From NCBI GenBank assembly GCA_025352905.1, contig JANXRX010000071.1, positions 1-57,975 on the forward strand: DNA of 57,975 nucleotides. Direction: 5' to 3'. Made by a program: the position numbers and the translations under genes. The stretch comes from Bacteroidota bacterium. Lineage in GTDB: Bacteria > Bacteroidota > Bacteroidia > Chitinophagales > Chitinophagaceae. The notes under the pieces were generated by a model. The model did not search any database. It was not told the origin of the DNA and worked only from the letters and a program-made list of their open reading frames with translations. Within the stretch, counting starts at the first letter, position 1; each line of letters opens with the position of its first letter. Below, one piece after another: positions 49,621 through 57,975 of this stretch.

Positions 49621-50852
49621 TCATATATCAGGTGCGTAAGCAGTCCATCACGCAGCTTTGGTTCGAACCAGGTACTTTTGGGCGGCATCACATTTCCGCT
49701 GTCGGCGATATCGAATAACTGGTTGATGGATACAGGGTACAAACTGAAAGCCATAGCCATTTCACCACTATCTACTCTTTTTTCGAGTTCTCCCAGGCCA
49801 CGGATCCCACCTACAAAATCGATCCGTTTATCTGTACGCTGGTCTTTTATGCCCAATAATTTATCCAGTACATTATTCTGCAGAATGGTAATATCCAGTA
49901 CGCCTATCGGGTCATTGCTGAAACTGCCCGGCTTGGAACTGAGTTTATACCAGTTATGCTCCAGGTACAAACCAAACGTATGCAAAGCTTCGGGCCGGTA
50001 AGCCTGTTTGCTAACGAGTTCTACCGTGAATTGTTTGCCCAGTTCTTTGATAAACGTTTTAGGCGTATGCCCGTTCAGGTCCTTTACCAGCCTGTTATAA
50101 TCCATGATATATAACTGGTTAGACGGGAACAAAGTAGTTAAGAAATAGTCAGCGCCTTCTTTTGCTTCGGCACCAAGGGCCCTGCGTACCTTGGCTGCCG
50201 ATGCGGCGCGGTGGTGGCCATCTGCAATATAGGTGCAGGCAACTTCTTTCTCAAATAGGTGGGTGATCTGTTCTGTTACCGTATCATCATTCACTATCCA
50301 GACAGTGTGTTGTATGCCATCATCTGCTGTAAAATCATAAACAGGCGATTTGGTTGATTTCCATTTATCAATCAAAGCATCTACGGCATGGTTGGTGCGG
50401 TAGGCAAGAAAAACATTACCGGTTTGCGCACCCGATACCCGGATATGGTTGATCCTGTCCTGTTCCTTTTCGGGCCGCGTAAATTCATGTTTTTTAATGA
50501 TGCCGTTATCATAATCATCCACGCTGCTTACACAAACCAGGCCCGTTTGACTGCGGCCATCCATGATCAGCTGGTAGATATAATAACATTCTTTGGATTC
50601 GCGGAAGAGAATATCGCGGGTGATGAACGCAGCTAAATTATCTTTTGCCTGTTCGTATACCAATGCGGAATGAATATCTGTTGTATCGGCAAGGTCTATC
50701 TCGCTTTTAGTAATATGCAGGAAAGAACTATGGTTACCCTGAGCTTCCAGTTTTGCCTCGGCGCTGTTTAGTACATCGTAAGGGCGGCTGGCTACCTGTT
50801 TTGCCAGTTGTGCGTGCGGTCGTAATGCTTTGAAGGGTTTAATGATCGCCAT
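49617..50852 (-). CDS. DUF1015 family protein
   Basis: Start placed at MAIIKPF; PYDV, IKKHEFT, YIADGHHR, MPPKSTWFEPKL. Confidence 0.9.
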   Translation of the reverse strand: MAIIKPFKALRPHAQLAKQVASRPYDVLNSAEAKLEAQGNHSSFLHITKSEIDLADTTDIHSALVYEQAKDNLAAFITRDILFRESKECYYIYQLIMDGRSQTGLVCVSSVDDYDNGIIKKHEFTRPEKEQDRINHIRVSGAQTGNVFLAYRTNHAVDALIDKWKSTKSPVYDFTADDGIQHTVWIVNDDTVTEQITHLFEKEVACTYIADGHHRAASAAKVRRALGAEAKEGADYFLTTLFPSNQLYIMDYNRLVKDLNGHTPKTFIKELGKQFTVELVSKQAYRPEALHTFGLYLEHNWYKLSSKPGSFSNDPIGVLDITILQNNVLDKLLGIKDQRTDKRIDFVGGIRGLGELEKRVDSGEMAMAFSLYPVSINQLFDIADSGNVMPPKSTWFEPKLRDGLLTHLIYE

Positions 50853-50926
50853 CGGGCAAATATCTGTATTTAATTGTAAAGCAAGGCAATGAAGCCTATT
50901 CATTTGCTGCTTCAACCGCATATATA

Positions 50927-50949
50927 AAACCGGGTTCCGGACCCGGTTT
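50927..50949. promoter_or_regulatory. Inverted repeat with perfect 9-bp arms in a divergent promoter region
   Basis: aaaccgggt-tccgg-acccggttt. Confidence 0.5.
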
Positions 50950-50978
50950 AGAGTGATTTTCCTGTTATCTTTACCGTG

Positions 50979-51719
50979 ATGATCTATGCGATAATTGCAG
51001 CCGGAGAAGGTTCACGCCTGTCTGAGGAAGGCCTTACCGGCCCCAAGCCAATGGCTATGGTAAACGGGGAAATGCTGATTGACAGGTTGATCAGGATCTT
51101 CCTGGATAACCAGGCATCATCGATCAGGATTATCATCAATGATCATTCAGAAAAATTACGGGATCACCTGGAGCGTCTTGATCTTCCCGTTCCTTTACAG
51201 TTGATCGTGAAAAGCACACCCAGTTCTTTCCATAGTTTTTATGCGCTGATGCAGGCAAACAAAGAGATTCCCGAAGATCTTTGCCTGACCACTACCGATA
51301 CCATATTTGGTGAAGCTGAGTTCGCACAATTCATTCATGTGTTTCAGGCTAACCGCCATAACGACGGGCTTCTTGCTGTAACCTCATTTGTTGATGATGA
51401 GAGCCCGTTGTATATTGATTTTGATGCAACCTATCGTATAACAGCGATCACGGATACTGCCGGTGCACAGGAACCTTTTGTATCAGGCGGCATCTACTGC
51501 CTGCGAAAACCCGCTTTGGCAAAGGTGGCAGCGGCGTATGCAAAGGGCATAAACAGGATGCGGAATTTTCAAAGATCCTTACTTACGGCTCATTTGCATT
51601 TACAGGCGCATCCCTTCAGCAAAATGGTGGATGTTGACCATATTACGGATATAGAAAAAGCAGAGATATTTTTAAAAGAAGCAGCCACCCCTAAAATTTT
51701 ACAGCAGGTAAATGGATAA
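50979..51719 (+). CDS. NTP transferase (sugar/alcohol-phosphate nucleotidyltransferase, IPCT/LicC-like fold)
   Basis: IIAAGEGSRL...PKPM motif and C-terminal VDVD; ATG at 50979 (GTG at 50976 possible). Confidence 0.85.
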   Translation: MIYAIIAAGEGSRLSEEGLTGPKPMAMVNGEMLIDRLIRIFLDNQASSIRIIINDHSEKLRDHLERLDLPVPLQLIVKSTPSSFHSFYALMQANKEIPEDLCLTTTDTIFGEAEFAQFIHVFQANRHNDGLLAVTSFVDDESPLYIDFDATYRITAITDTAGAQEPFVSGGIYCLRKPALAKVAAAYAKGINRMRNFQRSLLTAHLHLQAHPFSKMVDVDHITDIEKAEIFLKEAATPKILQQVNG

Positions 51720-52590
51720 ATTAAATGTATTGGGTGTGAGAAGGGGTAGCCGGTTCTCGCCAAACCATATAGTGAACGATGATACCATCTTTGCACTGAC
51801 CGCCGATGAATTGATGAAAAAAAATTGCGCCGTCAGTTTTTGTACGGAAGATGAATTTTTACAAATGGAAGTAGTTGATCATGCCCATATTTTTACCATG
51901 GCGCGTGAAAAAAAAGTGGTCGCAAAATTACAGGCGCTTGAATCTGCCGGCAGCAAGATTATTAATTCGGGTTATGGCATTGAGAATTGTTTCCGGACCA
52001 ATATGACCAACTGCTTGATCAGTAATAATATCCCTTATCCTAAAAGCTGTATCGTATCTACCCGGCAGACCGACTATAATGTTTTTGAAAAGATCAGCGG
52101 TAAGGGTTGCTGGATAAAACGGGGTGATTTTCATGCGATCCATAAAGAAGATGTGACTTTTGTTGAATCTGCGGAACAGGGCAAAAATATCTTGCAGGAG
52201 TTTGCACTCAGGGATATTCCACATGCCGTAATATCGGAGCACCTGTTTGGCGACCTGGTTAAATTCTATGGCGTTCGCGGAAGTGATTTTTTTCACTTGT
52301 TTTATCCGTATGATCACAATCATCTCAAATATGCAGAGCACGAATCGATCAATGGAGAAACGGTTCATTATCCTTTTGACGAAAAAAAATTAGAACAAAC
52401 AGCCGTAAGATCGGCAGAAGTACTGAACATAGAGATATACGGAGGAGACGCGATCGTTGATAAGAATGGTGATTTCCACATCATAGATATGAATGACTGG
52501 CCAAGTTTCGCTCCCTGCAGGATTCAGGCTGTACCTTATATTGCCAACCGTATCTTTGACTATTTTACAGCCGGCCATTCAAAAAATTGA
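51712..52590 (+). CDS. ATP-grasp fold protein resembling inositol-phosphate kinases of the ITPK1 type
   Basis: WIKRGD, SEHLFGDLVKFYGV, YGGDAIV, IIDMNDWPSF. Confidence 0.65.
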   Translation: MDKLNVLGVRRGSRFSPNHIVNDDTIFALTADELMKKNCAVSFCTEDEFLQMEVVDHAHIFTMAREKKVVAKLQALESAGSKIINSGYGIENCFRTNMTNCLISNNIPYPKSCIVSTRQTDYNVFEKISGKGCWIKRGDFHAIHKEDVTFVESAEQGKNILQEFALRDIPHAVISEHLFGDLVKFYGVRGSDFFHLFYPYDHNHLKYAEHESINGETVHYPFDEKKLEQTAVRSAEVLNIEIYGGDAIVDKNGDFHIIDMNDWPSFAPCRIQAVPYIANRIFDYFTAGHSKN

Positions 52591-52594
52591 TTAG

Positions 52595-53536
52595 ATGGAT
52601 CAAGCACCCAGCAAAAAAACACCTCCCGGCAACCCGATAACATTTGAAAGCACATTAAAATCAAGTGATACTGAGGAAAAACTCGACATCATTTTTTACC
52701 GTCCCATCGGCTATCGTATTGCCCTGTTCTGTGCCGCATTAAAAATTACACCGAATACCGTTACCATTATCAGTATTTTTTTTGGCGTTGCGGCCGGGGT
52801 CCTTTTTTATTACCCTGAATTATGGATCAATGTGATCGGGATGTTGCTGCTGGTGTTTGCCAACAGCCTCGACAGCGCCGATGGCCAGCTAGCCCGTATT
52901 ACCAATAATAAGAGCAGGCTTGGCAGGATACTCGATGGCTTTGCCGGTGATTTCTGGTTTGCCACCATCCATATCGCCATCTGCCTGCGCTCACAGAACG
53001 AAGGTTGGTCGCCCTTTATCTGGGTACTCGGTGTTGCGGCAGGCGCATCACATATATTACAATCCGCATTGGGAGATTATTACCGGAATGTGCATCTTTT
53101 TTTTATTAAAGGAAGCGCCGGAAGCGAACTGGACAATAGCGCCCATTTGCAGGCAGAGTATGATACCCAGACATGGTCGGGCAATTTTTTTGTAAAATTT
53201 GTTGCCCGAGGCTACCTGAATTATACAAAATTACAGGAACGGCTATCACCCAACCTGCAGAAACTATTGTCACTGGTTTATAAAAAATATCCTTCCGATA
53301 TTCCACAGCCTTTTGTGGATGATTTCAGGGCAAAGAACAAGCCTTTGATGCGATTCACGAATATCATACAGTTCAACACGCGTGTGATCTTCTTATTTGT
53401 ATGGCTGTTTATTAACCAGGCATGGCTATTCTTTATTTTCGACATTTTCATTTTAAATGCATTTCTCATTTATATGCTGGTACAACAGGAAAAAGTGAGC
53501 AGGTTTTTTTATGACCGTCTTTCAAAAGAACAATAA
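52595..53536 (+). CDS. CDP-alcohol phosphotransferase family protein
   Basis: ITPNTVT and DSADGQLAR...GRILDGFAGD signature; multiple TM helices. Confidence 0.92.
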   Translation: MDQAPSKKTPPGNPITFESTLKSSDTEEKLDIIFYRPIGYRIALFCAALKITPNTVTIISIFFGVAAGVLFYYPELWINVIGMLLLVFANSLDSADGQLARITNNKSRLGRILDGFAGDFWFATIHIAICLRSQNEGWSPFIWVLGVAAGASHILQSALGDYYRNVHLFFIKGSAGSELDNSAHLQAEYDTQTWSGNFFVKFVARGYLNYTKLQERLSPNLQKLLSLVYKKYPSDIPQPFVDDFRAKNKPLMRFTNIIQFNTRVIFLFVWLFINQAWLFFIFDIFILNAFLIYMLVQQEKVSRFFYDRLSKEQ

Positions 53537-54556
53537 ATGAGCAGCAAACTGTATAAAGCCATATTTCTGATCATAGGGGTGGTTACGCTCGGATTCATGG
53601 TGCGCAGTCTTGGGGTACACGAGATCTGGCTGAATATCAGGCAAACCGGGTTCTGGTTCTTCCCCATCATCGGGATCTGGCTCGCGGTATATATTCTGAA
53701 TGCTTTTGCCTTTAAAGCCATTATACAGGAACGGCATTTACCCAACAGTTATCTTCCGTTCTCTACCGTACTCAGGATAACGATCAGCGGATATGCGATC
53801 AATTATATCACTCCTTTTGTGGCCCTCGGTGGCGAGCCTTACCGCGTGATGGAACTGAAAAAAAAACTGGGTACCAATAAAGCCACTTCATCGGTATTAC
53901 TGTATGGACTGATGCATATGTTCTCCCATGTTATTTTCTGGCTGCTATCAATTATACTGATCGTTGCTTACCTGCCAATGGATAATATGATGCTTACCGG
54001 TTGCAGTATGGCTTTTGCGGCAGGCATTTTACTCGCTTATTGGTTCCTGCGTGTGTATAAGAAAGGATTTACCATCAGCACCTTCCGCTTGTTTCAGCAT
54101 ATACCCTATATCCGGAAATGGGCCACCCCATTTGCAGAAGCAAAAGCCGCCTCTCTTCATGAGATCGATGACCATGTACGTGTTTTGTATGCCGACCGTA
54201 AAGCGAGTTTCTTCAAAGCTTTGGTACTTGAATTGTTGTCGAGGGTTGTGACCTGTCTCGAAATTTATTTTATTGCGCTGGCTATTGGATTGAAAATGTC
54301 TTTTTTTGATTCGCTGATAGTGAGTTCCGCTTCTTCTTTATTTGCCAACCTGATTTTTTTTCTGCCCATGCAGTTAGGCGCGCGGGAAGGCGGGTTGGTG
54401 TTGGCGCTGAAAAGCGTAGGGCTGCCGGGAAATGCCGGAATATTTATCGGTATCATTACACGTATCAGAGAACTGGTGTGGATCTTTATCGGCTTATTGC
54501 TTACCAGGGCCTACAAATCGGGGCCGGTTACGGAAACACCTGTTGACATTTTATAA
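53537..54556 (+). CDS. Lysylphosphatidylglycerol-synthase TM / flippase-like membrane protein (UPF0104)
   Basis: INYITPFVALGGEPYR, PMQLGAREG, ITRIRE; about 8 TM. Confidence 0.85.
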   Translation: MSSKLYKAIFLIIGVVTLGFMVRSLGVHEIWLNIRQTGFWFFPIIGIWLAVYILNAFAFKAIIQERHLPNSYLPFSTVLRITISGYAINYITPFVALGGEPYRVMELKKKLGTNKATSSVLLYGLMHMFSHVIFWLLSIILIVAYLPMDNMMLTGCSMAFAAGILLAYWFLRVYKKGFTISTFRLFQHIPYIRKWATPFAEAKAASLHEIDDHVRVLYADRKASFFKALVLELLSRVVTCLEIYFIALAIGLKMSFFDSLIVSSASSLFANLIFFLPMQLGAREGGLVLALKSVGLPGNAGIFIGIITRIRELVWIFIGLLLTRAYKSGPVTETPVDIL

Positions 54557-54564
54557 AACATACC

Positions 54565-55275
54565 ATGATAAAAGGGCTATTACTGGATTATGGTGGCACC
54601 ATCGATACCAACGGACTTCACTGGGCCATTGTGCTGAAGAATAGTTACGCAAAGTTGGGGGTAGCCGTGCCCGAAGATCTTTTTGCAAAAGCCTATGCCT
54701 TTGGCGAGAGAGGTCTTGCCATTAATCCGTTGGTAAGACCATCCCATACCTTTTTAGAAGTGTTGCAGTTAAAACTGGGACAGCAATTCAATTTTCTGGA
54801 AAGTAACGGGTGCCCGGTTGACCATGATAAAGCATCGTTAATTGCACTAGATTGTAATGACTTTGTGAGGGAAATCATTAAAAAATCTATCCCCATCCTG
54901 GAGGAGCTGGCGCGGGATTTTCCGATGGTCATTGTTTCTAATTTTTATGGAAACCTGGAAACCGTTCTGCAAGACTTTGGCATCCGGAAATACTTTGCGC
55001 ATGTAGTTGAATCAGCTGTGGTAGGCGTGCGAAAACCGGACCCGGCTATTTACCAAATCGGGATCGATCTTTTAGAACTTAGCGCTTCTGAATGTATGGT
55101 TGTGGGTGATTCTTTTACAAAGGATATTGTACCTGCCAAACAATTGGGATGTACCGCGGTATGGCTGAATGTAAAGGGCTGGGAAGAAGATAAAGCAACG
55201 GGAGAATACCAGGCAGATGTTGAAATAGATGATTTTTCAGATTTAATTAAGGTTACGCAAAGCACAAAATTCTAA
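54565..55275 (+). CDS. HAD-superfamily hydrolase
   Basis: LLDYGGTID, VSN, RKPDP, VGDSFTKDI. Confidence 0.9.
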   Translation: MIKGLLLDYGGTIDTNGLHWAIVLKNSYAKLGVAVPEDLFAKAYAFGERGLAINPLVRPSHTFLEVLQLKLGQQFNFLESNGCPVDHDKASLIALDCNDFVREIIKKSIPILEELARDFPMVIVSNFYGNLETVLQDFGIRKYFAHVVESAVVGVRKPDPAIYQIGIDLLELSASECMVVGDSFTKDIVPAKQLGCTAVWLNVKGWEEDKATGEYQADVEIDDFSDLIKVTQSTKF

Positions 55276-55310
55276 TGTCTGAATTCTAAAGGAATCTATG
55301 CTTATAATTT

Positions 55311-55937
55311 TTAAGGTTTGATTCTTTCCATCAATTCTTCCCCCGTAACCTCATCCTTCCCCCGCAGTTCCATATACAATACATTGGGCGCCCAGAAAGT
55401 TCCGCCTTCACCTATTTTAACAAAGATCCTCCGGAGTACGGCTTCTTTGTGATTGATCTGGGTGTACACATGGTATTTATTGTCTTTCGGCGAACGCATT
55501 AAAGTAAGCTGTTGTTTTTTATAGGATACCACATGCATTTTATAATTGCTATTGGGCTGCAGTTGTGTTTTGATACCATAGGCAAACATCCGCTGGATAT
55601 AATTCAGTTCTTTCTTCATACCACCTTCAGGGTAACGGATCCAGAAAACATGAACGGGGTCTGGTTCTTCCAGCATTCCTTTGCTGTTCAGCTTTGCTTC
55701 ATAAACAATTGTATTGGTATTGGAAGTACGCTGCAAATAAAATAACTGGTTGGGCACAGCGGGTACCGGAAATGTATCCTGCGGATCGATAACGGTATTG
55801 ATAACTGCGGGAGCGGCTTTTTTTGAACCCTGGGGTACCTGCAATATGGCTGCGGTAGAAAAAAGCAACGCGAGGGCGAGTAACCCTGTTTTTTTAATCC
55901 CTAACTGATTGGCGGCAATAAAGCGATCGGTCATCAT
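55311..55937 (-). CDS. DUF4833-like exported protein
   Basis: N-terminal hydrophobic stretch; LFYLQRTSNTNTIVY, VFWIRY, LNYIQRMFAYG. Confidence 0.75.
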   Translation of the reverse strand: MMTDRFIAANQLGIKKTGLLALALLFSTAAILQVPQGSKKAAPAVINTVIDPQDTFPVPAVPNQLFYLQRTSNTNTIVYEAKLNSKGMLEEPDPVHVFWIRYPEGGMKKELNYIQRMFAYGIKTQLQPNSNYKMHVVSYKKQQLTLMRSPKDNKYHVYTQINHKEAVLRRIFVKIGEGGTFWAPNVLYMELRGKDEVTGEELMERIKP

Positions 55938-55966
55938 ACAAATTCTACCCGATAAATATAAGTAAA

Positions 55967-56023
55967 ATTGCCACTGAAAAACGGCTACACAAAAATTCTG
56001 TGCTTCTGTGTTTCTGTGGCAAT
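55967..56023. repeat. CACAGAA octamer repeat / hairpin between DUF5686-like and DUF4833 genes
   Basis: ttctgtgc-ttctgtgt-ttctgtggcaat pairs with upstream attgccactgaaa. Confidence 0.6.
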
Positions 56024-56035
56024 AACTGCTTTCTT

Positions 56036-57973
56036 TTAAAAATCAAATTTTAACATTGCCCGGATACCGATAGGGGTAACAAATGGGTTATTAAGGTAGT
56101 TAAAGCGTTTCACAACATCTACCCGCAATAGTTTAAAGATATTGGTAACGCCTACGCTTCCTTCAACATAGGGCTGTTTCTCCAATGAAAACGTGGTTGG
56201 CGTACCGTTGAGTGTAGGATATTTTATCAACGATGGATCGAGGCTCGGGTTGTTCTCGGCCCGTACGCCGCCGTATATCATTTTGAGTGACGCCGCTTCC
56301 CTGAGCTTTAGTTTTTTCAGCAGCGGTACCCGGTTAAAGAAAAGACCGTTGAAATGATGGTCTATGATCAGCCCGATAAAATGATCGCTTACAAATTCCT
56401 GGAAATTCATCAGGTTATAGGAATACAACTGGTAGGCATAAGTCTGGTTGGCATGGTGAATCGTCATCAGCGGGTAAGGAAGTTTGCCAAAGATATACCC
56501 CCCGTCTATTACCACATCGCTGTAACCGAGCTGCGACATGTACACCCGTTTTTCGAGACGGAAGTTGAGGTTCTGGTAATTGTATGTACTGTTCATCAAA
56601 CCTTTTATACCGGCAATAAAACGGACGGTTAGTATCGGGTATTTATTGATGATAGGGATACGGTATACTTTACCCTGGTAAAACTGCTCATGCGGCGCCC
56701 ATCTTACTTCTGCCGAGAACTCGCTGGTGATCAGCTTATCTACATTTACGTCTACGCCTCCTTCTACTTTGGTATATACGATAGAGCCGGCGGGTTCCTG
56801 TTTCCAGTTCTTGAACCCGAGCGTAAACGACAGGTGGTTAGCCAGTTCATGTACATAGTCCAGTTTAAAAATGCTGCTGTACAGCCATTTATCGTTCTGC
56901 CCTCTTTTAAAGGAAAGCAGCAGGTTACTTTCAGATACAAACTGCAGATCCTGCCCCGGGATCTTGGTATCATGCTGGTAGCTGGCGCGGATAAAATTAA
57001 GCGGGTACCCGTAAATGGATTTGTTATTGAGAGAATAGGTAGAGCTCAGGAAATATTTCCACTTTTCATCTTTAAAACCATAGGCGCCATATCCTTCAAA
57101 ATAGATCCGCTTGCTCAGTTTGGTTGTGGTTCTTCCACCCAGCCGCAGTTTAAAACCTTCTACCGGGTTAAAACTGTAAAATGCAGCAGCCGGCCCCAAT
57201 TCAAAGGCCCCGAAAGAGGTATACCCTGCCAATAGGAATGTGGCTATCGCCATCGTTCGGCGGAACGAAGGCATTTTTTCGAGACTGTCGATATTCGTAT
57301 AAACCTTGCTCTCTGTTTTGGTCAATGTATCATGACGCCCCCTAACCCAGAAACTATCGGGGTGCTGGTCAGATTTATCCAGTTTTACAAGTGAACTTCC
57401 CTCATATACACTATCCGGCTGCGGTATATTGATCCGGAAGTTTTTAAATGAAACGGTGCGTTCGCCAAAGAAACCGCTGTTCGAGGTTTTGGTAACTCCT
57501 GCATCGGCCATTACATTGCTCTTGCTTAAATGATAGCGGTTATCTTCACTTTTTTCAAAATCAAGATCAATATGGAGTTCCCGTACAAAGTTCAGGTTGG
57601 CGTTCTTGCTCAGGAACATATTCATTTTCTGAACCGAGTAATTGCCATCGAGCGTGATCCACATATTACCCCTGAATAAAAGATCGTTGGTATTACGGGG
57701 TGTGAAATATAATTTGATCAGTTTTTGTCCGTTGGCATCCGTAGTGGTATCCCGGATATAGTACATGTAGAAGGTAGGGCCAAGATCGGCGATCGGACTC
57801 AGGAACTGGTAAGTAAAGAGGGGAATATCATTATCATAAATATCCACATCCATGATCAGGCGGTTCAGGTAACTGCTTACACCTGCGTTATCAATGTATT
57901 CGCCAAAATTTACCCGTTTTTCACCGGTTACAATGGTCTTGGTCTTCTCTGGTTTTTTTCGGTAATACTTTTG
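56036..57973 (-). CDS. DUF5686-like outer membrane beta-barrel protein (5'-truncated by the window edge)
   Basis: Frame is open to the window end; FLSPIAD...YMYYIRDT, FNPVEG.KLRLGGRT, YNLMNFQEFVSD, C-terminal Phe. Confidence 0.8.
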   Translation of the reverse strand, partial: QKYYRKKPEKTKTIVTGEKRVNFGEYIDNAGVSSYLNRLIMDVDIYDNDIPLFTYQFLSPIADLGPTFYMYYIRDTTTDANGQKLIKLYFTPRNTNDLLFRGNMWITLDGNYSVQKMNMFLSKNANLNFVRELHIDLDFEKSEDNRYHLSKSNVMADAGVTKTSNSGFFGERTVSFKNFRINIPQPDSVYEGSSLVKLDKSDQHPDSFWVRGRHDTLTKTESKVYTNIDSLEKMPSFRRTMAIATFLLAGYTSFGAFELGPAAAFYSFNPVEGFKLRLGGRTTTKLSKRIYFEGYGAYGFKDEKWKYFLSSTYSLNNKSIYGYPLNFIRASYQHDTKIPGQDLQFVSESNLLLSFKRGQNDKWLYSSIFKLDYVHELANHLSFTLGFKNWKQEPAGSIVYTKVEGGVDVNVDKLITSEFSAEVRWAPHEQFYQGKVYRIPIINKYPILTVRFIAGIKGLMNSTYNYQNLNFRLEKRVYMSQLGYSDVVIDGGYIFGKLPYPLMTIHHANQTYAYQLYSYNLMNFQEFVSDHFIGLIIDHHFNGLFFNRVPLLKKLKLREAASLKMIYGGVRAENNPSLDPSLIKYPTLNGTPTTFSLEKQPYVEGSVGVTNIFKLLRVDVVKRFNYLNNPFVTPIGIRAMLKFDF

Positions 57974-57975
57974 CG

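Overview
Bacteroidota chromosome segment, most likely Chitinophagaceae-like. Evidence is TAnnTTTG promoters, A-rich translation starts without Shine-Dalgarno motifs, a T9SS-type C-terminal domain and Bacteroidota-type ilvC and short leuA. Left to right: (1) an MBOAT/SGNH-like O-acylation pair; (2) a 2125-aa secreted protein with 12 IPT/TIG domains and two 7-repeat FG-GAP propellers, plus a lipoprotein; (3) a tRNA-Arg(CCT)-adjacent islet with an MNT-HEPN toxin-antitoxin pair (toxin frameshifted), an orphan one-spacer type II-C-like CRISPR mini-array and a frameshifted TonB-type outer membrane receptor; (4) exported MsrA/MsrB and a Tat-exported oxidoreductase; (5) a 13-gene leu-ilv-thr cluster with a long leader hairpin and a divergent uncharacterised 518-aa helical protein; (6) amidohydrolases, two histidine kinases, an acyl-CoA ligase and a DUF1015 protein; (7) a five-gene lipid head-group operon (nucleotidyltransferase, ITPK-like ATP-grasp, CDP-alcohol phosphotransferase, LPG-synthase-TM flippase-like protein, HAD hydrolase) facing DUF4833 and DUF5686-like genes. 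Several small palindromic repeat families occur, two copies translated in frame in the thrB and ilvB N-termini. Best candidates for something new: the lipid operon with its ITPK-like enzyme, the orphan CRISPR mini-array beside the TA module, and the leu leader with its divergent gene. All family calls are by eye; no searches were run.
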